A stretch of 64,000 nt of DNA from SAR324 cluster bacterium (GTDB lineage: Bacteria > SAR324 > XYD2-FULL-50-16 > JAERRU01): the NCBI GenBank assembly GCA_016735295.1, contig JAERRU010000018.1, positions 19,774 to 83,773 on the forward strand. Reading direction: 5' to 3'. Positions 57,479 through 64,000 of the stretch are shown here, piece after piece. The notes under the pieces were generated by a model. That model saw only the letters and a list, made by a program, of their open reading frames with translations. It had not been told where the DNA came from and made no database searches. Position 1 is the stretch's first letter. Each line of letters starts with the position of its first letter. Made by a program: the position numbers and the translations under genes.

Positions 57479-57860
57479 TAACTCTGTAATTTAATAATTT
57501 TATAGTTAATAAATTAAGGTAAATTTCATTAAACATTTACCTTGTTAGTTTGTTATATTTTAGTGTTAATACTGCTGATTGCTAAATTTCGCTAAATTTT
57601 ACTTGATTTAACCTACTTATCTCCATATTATACTTAATCATGTGGTTAGCTCAGATATCTTAGTCATTATTGGCTAAGTAGTTACTACCTATAATTTAGA
57701 TTCTTTAAAATACTATTTTATTGTTTTCATCTGAATTACATAGTCAGTAATGCAAAAATCTAGCAAGATACTAACCCTTAGCTTATAAATTACGTCACAA
57801 CGATGATTTAATTTGTTTATTTTGAAAAAACTATCTGCATTTTAAAAGAATATACTTTTA

Positions 57861-58673
57861 ATGAGTGAACACGCCATAATTTGCCCTTCTTGCAAGCAAC
57901 TGATAAATCGAAGCACCATTCGTTGCCCTAACTGTGGATGGAGTAATAATAAGTTATCTAGGCTGGTTTATAGTTTTGGCGAGCATACTATTGTAAAATG
58001 GTTAATTTCGCTTAATATATTTTTTTTCCTAGTTTCGATTATTTTATCTTATATTTTTGCTAAGAGTGGTTTTATATCAAAATTAGGTATTTTATCTCCC
58101 AGCTCTCCTATTTTGCTGGTTATGGGCTGGGCAGATCCCTATGAGGCTTTGAATGGCAGTTATTGGCAATTACTTTCATCAATATTTTTACATGGTGGAT
58201 TTTTTCATATATTATTTAATATGATGTGGCTTTACCATCTCTATCCACAAAATGAATCTTTGCTAGGTAAACATAATACTTTTTTTATCTATATTTTTTG
58301 CGGAATTGGTGGTAGTGTGCTGGCAGCTTTGCTGGGCAGCTCTCCGGTAGTTGGGGCTTCTGGTGCTATATTTGGTTTGATGGGCTCTTTGGTGGGAGCG
58401 GCGAGATATTCTAACGATTGGGCGATTAAATTTTTCTCAAGTCGCTATACCACCTTAATGATTATTTTATTAATTATAGGATTTATTATGCCTGGCATTA
58501 GCAATCTTTCTCATCTAGGAGGGGCGGGCACTGGTTATATTTTGGGTTCTTGGCTGGCAAGAGTTAATCTGGCTAAAAAATACCAAGTTTTCCTAGTTTG
58601 GCTCAGTGTTGGTTTGACTGCTACTTCACTATTTTTTATCTTTAAACGAATATTAACCATTTTATTTTTTTAG
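57861..58673 (+). CDS. Rhomboid intramembrane serine protease with an N-terminal zinc ribbon
   Basis: CPSC-X10-[17 protein letters not shown], catalytic GASG and SHLGG. Confidence 0.92.
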   Translation: MSEHAIICPSCKQLINRSTIRCPNCGWSNNKLSRLVYSFGEHTIVKWLISLNIFFFLVSIILSYIFAKSGFISKLGILSPSSPILLVMGWADPYEALNGSYWQLLSSIFLHGGFFHILFNMMWLYHLYPQNESLLGKHNTFFIYIFCGIGGSVLAALLGSSPVVGASGAIFGLMGSLVGAARYSNDWAIKFFSSRYTTLMIILLIIGFIMPGISNLSHLGGAGTGYILGSWLARVNLAKKYQVFLVWLSVGLTATSLFFIFKRILTILFF

Positions 58674-58675
58674 TT

Positions 58676-59098
58676 ATGCCTAATACAGAAATGACTTTAT
58701 CGATCATCAAACCTGATGCGGTAGAACGCAACTTGATTGGTAAAATTTTAACAAAACTAGAAGTTGGAGGATTAGAAATATCTTCATTAAAAATGCTTCA
58801 GTTAACTAAACCAGAAGCGGAAAAATTTTATGATATACATAATGATAAACCTTTTTTCGATGAACTGGTTAAATTTATGACCCGTGGTAAAATAGTTGTT
58901 ATCGCTTTAAAGGGTGAGGACGCTGTAATTAAAAATCGTAATATTATGGGAGCAACTAATCCTAAAGAAGCTCAACCTGGCACTATCAGGCATACTTTTA
59001 GTAAAAGTATTGGCGAAAATAGCGTTCATGGTTCTGATTCTTTAGAAAATGCTAAAAAAGAAATTTCCTTCTTTTTTGGTGGTGCCACCTTAATTTAA
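58676..59098 (+). CDS. ndk: Nucleoside diphosphate kinase
   Basis: [29 protein letters not shown]. Confidence 0.98.
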   Translation: MPNTEMTLSIIKPDAVERNLIGKILTKLEVGGLEISSLKMLQLTKPEAEKFYDIHNDKPFFDELVKFMTRGKIVVIALKGEDAVIKNRNIMGATNPKEAQPGTIRHTFSKSIGENSVHGSDSLENAKKEISFFFGGATLI

Positions 59099-59228
59099 GC
59101 TTTACGCCCAAAATAGCTACCTAGCATTAATAATAATCAAGTTAGTAGATAGGCTTTGCTGCTAGAATTATATTAGCTAAGAAGAGTTAGGGTTATAAAC
59201 TAAATTAACTAATTTATTTTAAAACCAG

Positions 59229-60281
59229 ATGATAATCGCTATAATATGTGGGGGACGCAGTGTGGAACATAAAGTTTCTTTGCAATCTGCTGTTAGTATA
59301 GCTAAGTATCTTGGTTTTTCTAGCCATCAAGTGCTGATGGTTGGATTTACTGAAGAGGGTCGATTTGTGAGCCATAAAGACTTGATTTTAGATCAGCATG
59401 ACCCTATAAAAATCAGATTAAATGATGAGGCTCGTGAGGTTAAATTTGGCTTTCAGAGTATTGATGATAAAAAGGTTGATGTATGCTTTTCGGTGATACA
59501 CGGCACTGGGGGAGAAGACGGTAATATCCAAGGATTCTTGAATATTTATCAGTTACCATTTGTCGGGGCAGACACCAAAACATCGGCACTGGGAATGGAT
59601 AAGCATTTCACCAAGATGATTTTAGAATCAAAAAAAATCCCTGTCACAAATTATGAAGTAATTTATCCCCATCGCCGTGCCCCTTCTTATCAAAGCTTGA
59701 TCTCAAAACTTGGTGCTACTATGTTGGTCAAGCCAGCAAATTTGGGTTCTTCAGTTGGTATATCTAAATGTAATGATGAAAATTCTTTTAAGCAGGCCTT
59801 GGCTTTGGCGATTAGTTATGATTCTAAAGTTTTGGTGGAAAAATTTATTGATGGAAAAGAAATAGAAGTCGCCGTACTTGGTCATCCGGGGGAATTGATT
59901 ATATCTTCACCTTCTGAAATTATTACTAATCATAGCTTTTACAGCTATCAGGCTAAATATATTGATAAAGGCTCTACTAAAACTTTAATTTCTGCTAATA
60001 TTGATGCTAAGGTAAAAAAAGTTATTACTGGCTTAGCGGGTGATATTTATGAGGTTTTAGACTGCCGAGGCTTGGCTAGATTAGATTTTTTATTTTCTAC
60101 TGCTGATGGGGTGGTGTTTAATGAAATAAATACTATGCCTGGATTTACCGATATTAGCATGTACCCCAAAATGATGGTAGCTAGTGGCATTTCCTACCCA
60201 GAACTATTAGATAGGCTGTTAAAGCTAGCTCTTAGTTACGATTTAGCACAAAAGAGTAAAACCACTAGGCCACCTCAATAA
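59229..60281 (+). CDS. ddl: D-alanine--D-alanine ligase
   Basis: GGRSVEHKVSLQSA, HGTGGEDG, KPANLGSSVG, FYSYQAKY, NEINTMPGFT. Confidence 0.96.
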   Translation: MIIAIICGGRSVEHKVSLQSAVSIAKYLGFSSHQVLMVGFTEEGRFVSHKDLILDQHDPIKIRLNDEAREVKFGFQSIDDKKVDVCFSVIHGTGGEDGNIQGFLNIYQLPFVGADTKTSALGMDKHFTKMILESKKIPVTNYEVIYPHRRAPSYQSLISKLGATMLVKPANLGSSVGISKCNDENSFKQALALAISYDSKVLVEKFIDGKEIEVAVLGHPGELIISSPSEIITNHSFYSYQAKYIDKGSTKTLISANIDAKVKKVITGLAGDIYEVLDCRGLARLDFLFSTADGVVFNEINTMPGFTDISMYPKMMVASGISYPELLDRLLKLALSYDLAQKSKTTRPPQ

Positions 60282-60288
60282 TGATATA

Positions 60289-61377
60289 ATGGCAGATGGT
60301 CTTTTTACTATACAAATAGGCGGTGCGTCATTTATTATTAGTGCTTTGCTATCACTTTTATTGATTAGGTTGGCTTATAGAATCAATTTTGGTAGGGATG
60401 AGCTGGTAGGGATACAAAAAAATCATACTGGCAACCCGTCTCGTATGGGGGGATTAGCATTTTTACTCACTATTTTATTTTGTGGGTTGTTGTTCTCCGA
60501 TATTTTTATTTTAGATGATTGGCTATTTTATAGACTATATATATTATCAGTTTTACCAGCATTTTTTGGTGGTTTGATAGAAGATATCACCCATAAAGTA
60601 GGCAATTTAATTCGTTTTAATTTAACTATGTTATCGGCTTTTTTGGTGTATTTCACGATCGGGGCAAGTATTGAGAGCTTTGGCATTAGTTATATTGATA
60701 ATATTTTTCTTCAGTACAAGGTTATAAAAATATTAATCACTACCATAGCCATTGCCGGGATAGCTAATGGAACTAATATGCTTGATGGCTTTAATGGTAT
60801 TTTACTATCTTTTGCGATGCTATGCTTTGGGGCATATGGTTATTTATCGTGGGAATTGGGAGATTTTTTGCTATTTAATATATGCATAATATCACTAGGA
60901 GCGGTGGCGGGGGTATTTATTTTTAACTATCCTTATGGAAAAATTTTTGCTGGAGATAGTGGCTCTTATTCCATAGGATTTTTTTTAGCTACATTGGCAG
61001 TAATGCTTTACGCCCGCCATCCTAATCAAATATCTCCAATTGCGGTGGGCACAGTACTTAGTTATCCTACATTTGAGGTGTTATTTTCTATTGGCCGCAG
61101 GCGATTTTCCCGCTTGGTCAAAGCAGACGGGAGGCATTTGCATCAGCTAGTGTTTTATTTTATTAATCAGCAAAAAAAAGATATAAATTGCAGTAATAAT
61201 AATAATAATAATAATAATAAGCTAGTGGTTTTATATCTTTTCTTACTCTATAGTTTACCAATAATAACGTCTATCATCTTTTATGATAATGGGTTTTATA
61301 GTATGATAGGTTTTTTTGTATTTATGATTAGTTATTTAACAATTTATTTTTCACTGAGCCGCCGGTTAGCTAAGTGA
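60289..61377 (+). CDS. Glycosyltransferase family 4 (WecA/MraY-like polyprenyl-phosphate sugar-1-P transferase)
   Basis: SRMGG, GLIED, NGTNMLDGFNG, FNYPYGKIFAGDSGS, D.RHLH. Polytopic membrane protein. Confidence 0.9.
   Translation: MADGLFTIQIGGASFIISALLSLLLIRLAYRINFGRDELVGIQKNHTGNPSRMGGLAFLLTILFCGLLFSDIFILDDWLFYRLYILSVLPAFFGGLIEDITHKVGNLIRFNLTMLSAFLVYFTIGASIESFGISYIDNIFLQYKVIKILITTIAIAGIANGTNMLDGFNGILLSFAMLCFGAYGYLSWELGDFLLFNICIISLGAVAGVFIFNYPYGKIFAGDSGSYSIGFFLATLAVMLYARHPNQISPIAVGTVLSYPTFEVLFSIGRRRFSRLVKADGRHLHQLVFYFINQQKKDINCSNNNNNNNNKLVVLYLFLLYSLPIITSIIFYDNGFYSMIGFFVFMISYLTIYFSLSRRLAK
61195..61218 (+). repeat. (AAT)8 microsatellite encoding Asn8
   Basis: Eight perfect triplets counted. 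Confidence 0.95.
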
Positions 61378-61414
61378 TGGATTTTTATTCACCGAAAGAT
61401 AGGCAGTAATTTAT

Positions 61415-62374
61415 ATGAATAAGCTTGAACAATTAAAGGAATACAGCGTGGTAGTTGGCGATACGGGCAATATTGATGAAATCAAAAAACATCGCCCCCA
61501 AGACGCCACCACCAATCCTAGTTTACTGTTACAGGCTATATCTTTACCTCAGTATGATTATATTTTCCAAGAGGTGGTAGCTGATGTTAAAAATTGTAAT
61601 TTATCGTCAGAAAAAAAGGCTAAATTGGCAGTAACTAAGCTTATTGTTTTGTTAGGTAAACAAATTTTAGCTATTATTCCTGGATATCTCTCCACTGAAG
61701 TTGATGCTAGGCTATCTTTTGATACAAAAAAAACTATAGCTGAAGCTAAATTAATCATTGAAGAATATGAAAAAAATTCCATTTCTCGTGATCGAATTTT
61801 AATTAAAATAGCCGGTACTTGGGAAGGGATAAGGGCGGCTGAAATATTGAAAAAGGATGGAATTAAAACTAATATAACTCTATTATTTCATATTGCTCAA
61901 GCAGTAGCGGCGGCTCAGGCAGGGATTTTTTTAATTTCTCCTTTTGTGGGTAGAATTTTAGATTGGTATAAAAAAAATCAAGCTAAAGAATACACATCAC
62001 AAAATGATCCTGGCGTTATTAGTGTTAAAAATATTTATAAATACTATAAATATCATCAGCACAAAACTATCATCATGGCGGCTAGCTTTAGAAGTCAAGA
62101 ACAAATAGAAGCTTTAGCTGGCTGTGATAGGCTTACTATATCCCCATTTTTTTTATCTTCACTAAAACAAGATGAAGCTAAACTAGTTAGAGGGTTAAAT
62201 TCTGATAATATCAAAAATCCACAAATTTATGAAAATACTATCAGTGAATCTAACTTCAGATTAGCAATGAATGATTCTCCCATGGCAACAGAAAAATTAG
62301 CCGAGGGAATACGTATTTTCACTAAAGACCAAGCTAGTATTGAACAATTATTTTTAAATTCTTTTGCAAATTAA
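61415..62374 (+). CDS. tal: Transaldolase (TalB type)
   Basis: DATTNPSL, STEVDARLSFD, ILIKIAGTWEGI, LISPFVGRILDW, ASFR. Confidence 0.97.
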   Translation: MNKLEQLKEYSVVVGDTGNIDEIKKHRPQDATTNPSLLLQAISLPQYDYIFQEVVADVKNCNLSSEKKAKLAVTKLIVLLGKQILAIIPGYLSTEVDARLSFDTKKTIAEAKLIIEEYEKNSISRDRILIKIAGTWEGIRAAEILKKDGIKTNITLLFHIAQAVAAAQAGIFLISPFVGRILDWYKKNQAKEYTSQNDPGVISVKNIYKYYKYHQHKTIIMAASFRSQEQIEALAGCDRLTISPFFLSSLKQDEAKLVRGLNSDNIKNPQIYENTISESNFRLAMNDSPMATEKLAEGIRIFTKDQASIEQLFLNSFAN

Positions 62375-62405
62375 TCTATAATTTCACATCTACTCAAAAC
62401 TCAAA

Positions 62406-63197
62406 ATGGACTTAAAGGCCACGAAAGACAACCAAAGCATGCCATCTGATACCTTTTCCAATAAATCAAAACTGATAAGAGAAAAAAATAAAGTTAAATA
62501 TAGCAGAATTTTGATAAAACTAAGTGGAGAGCACTTTAGAGGTGAAAAAGATTTTGGATTTAGCCATGATATATTTTTAAAAGTGGCACATCAAATAAAG
62601 AAATTACATTTTTTGGGCATCGAACTAGCAATAGTAATTGGTGGAGGAAATATTTTTAGAGGTGCAAAAGCTAGCGATGGGGTAGATCGGGTTAATGCCG
62701 ATAATATAGGCATGTTAGCCACCTTAATGAATGGGCTATATTTGCAAAATCTGTTAGAAAGTATCCACACAAAAACTAGGCTAATGAGCGCTGTTAGCAT
62801 GCCTACTATTGCTGAAACCTATATTAGACGAAGGGCGGTTAGGCATTTAGAAAAGGGCAGAATAATTATTTTAGGTTCGGGCACGGGTAATCCATTTTTT
62901 ACTACTGACACGGCGGCTGTCCTTAGAGGGCGAGAGATTAATGCTGATATTGTGGTTAAATGCACGAATGTTGATGGGGTTTATGATAAGGACCCGGCTA
63001 AATATCAAGATGCCAAAAAATTTGACACTATCAAATTTCAGCAAGCATTATCTGATAATTTAAAAATTATGGATTCTACCGCATTTTCATTTAGCAAAAC
63101 CCATAACTTAAATATTTATGTGCTTGATATTAGCAAAGAAGGAGCGTTGATTGATTTTGTCACGGGCAAGGGACAAGGAACATTGGTCAAAACTTAA
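62406..63197 (+). CDS. pyrH: Uridylate kinase
   Basis: RILIKLSGE, GGGNIFRG, GMLATLMN, GTGNPFFTTDTAA. Confidence 0.97.
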   Translation: MDLKATKDNQSMPSDTFSNKSKLIREKNKVKYSRILIKLSGEHFRGEKDFGFSHDIFLKVAHQIKKLHFLGIELAIVIGGGNIFRGAKASDGVDRVNADNIGMLATLMNGLYLQNLLESIHTKTRLMSAVSMPTIAETYIRRRAVRHLEKGRIIILGSGTGNPFFTTDTAAVLRGREINADIVVKCTNVDGVYDKDPAKYQDAKKFDTIKFQQALSDNLKIMDSTAFSFSKTHNLNIYVLDISKEGALIDFVTGKGQGTLVKT

Positions 63198-63246
63198 ATG
63201 ACCATAAATTAAAATTATTTGTATCTATTATATTGATAAAAATATT

Positions 63247-64000
63247 ATGTCCTCATCTAATAAAAAACTAAATTTTTCTACCCTATCTATTCATACAGCT
63301 AAGCCTAGTAGCGATGCTAATGAGAACTCAACACCGATTTTTTTAAATTCAGGCTATAAATTTAAAGATTCGCAGCAAGCGTCAGCACTGTTCAAAGAAG
63401 AGATACCTGGGCTGATTTATTCTAGATATGGCAATCCTAATGTAATTGAATTTGAACAAAAAATGTGTGCCCTTGAGGGCATGGAAGCCGCCTTTGCCAC
63501 TTCCACTGGTATGGGCGCGATTACTTTAGCATTTTCATCCTTTTTAAAATCAGGTGATCATATTGTAGCTTGTCGCTCTTTATTTGGCTCATCGCACCAG
63601 CTAATCACTAAAATTTTACCCCGCTGGGGAATCAGCTATACATATGTAGATATAGAAGATATTGCTAACTGGGAAAAGGCGATTACCCCTAACACTAAAA
63701 TATTATTTTTAGAAACTCCATCTAATCCAGGATTGGATTTAGTTGATCTTGAATTTGTTGCTGGCTTAACGAAAGAGCATAAATTATTATTTATGGTTGA
63801 TAATTGTTTTGCTAGCCCTTATGTGCAAAATCCGGCAAAATTTGGTGCTGATGTAGTAGTGCATAGTGCTACTAAAATAATTGATGGGCAAGGCAGAGCA
63901 ATGGGCGGAGTGGTGCTTTGCAGCCAACAGCTTTTTGATGATAATATAAAATTTATGGCTCGACATACTGGGCCGATCATATCACCTTTTAATGCTTGGT
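63247..64000 (+). CDS. metZ: O-succinylhomoserine sulfhydrylase / PLP trans-sulfuration enzyme (3'-truncated by window edge)
   Basis: Not in the ORF track. Manual translation from ATG 63247 gives YSRYGNP, ALEG.E, TGMGAI, LETPSNP, VDNCF and HSATKIIDGQGR (MetZ-type PLP lysine motif). Confidence 0.85.
   Translation, partial: MSSSNKKLNFSTLSIHTAKPSSDANENSTPIFLNSGYKFKDSQQASALFKEEIPGLIYSRYGNPNVIEFEQKMCALEGMEAAFATSTGMGAITLAFSSFLKSGDHIVACRSLFGSSHQLITKILPRWGISYTYVDIEDIANWEKAITPNTKILFLETPSNPGLDLVDLEFVAGLTKEHKLLFMVDNCFASPYVQNPAKFGADVVVHSATKIIDGQGRAMGGVVLCSQQLFDDNIKFMARHTGPIISPFNAW

Noticed and set aside
59229..60281. Possible Van-type D-Ala-D-Lac ligase
   Set aside because: The omega loop FYSYQAKY is the D-Ala-D-Ala type, and no vanH/vanX/vanRS genes are nearby.

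Overview
AT-rich (roughly 30% GC by eye), densely coding chromosomal segment of a Gram-negative bacterium (lpxA, fabZ, skp, bamD-like and cpoB-like genes; standard genetic code). Most genes are housekeeping: chaperones and proteases (hrcA-grpE-dnaK-dnaJ with a degenerate CIRCE, clpS-clpA, clpB, sppA, a rhomboid), amino-acid synthesis (aspartokinase, argG, metK, ilvB-ilvN-ilvC-leuB, cimA, partial metZ), nucleotide and central metabolism (pyrG, pyrH, ndk, tal, trxB, flavodoxin, ferredoxin), competence genes (partial comEC, dprA) and one tRNA-Leu(TAA). There are also many TPR, Ig-like and FG-GAP surface or lipoproteins. I found no IS, integrase, prophage, CRISPR array or rRNA. The most unusual items are: (1) a chromosomal dihydropteroate synthase carrying the Sul1/2/3-type DPGMGFFLG signature with no mobile context; (2) a single ORF at the end of the dnaK operon fusing a PlsC acyltransferase, a long Lys-rich linker and an O6-methylguanine methyltransferase; (3) an aspartokinase with fungal Hom3-like motifs; (4) three pure (AAT)8-11 poly-Asn tracts plus other short repeats; (5) a coupled R3H protein and a Cys-depleted U32-like protein. 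All family calls come from motif recognition and recall, not database searches.
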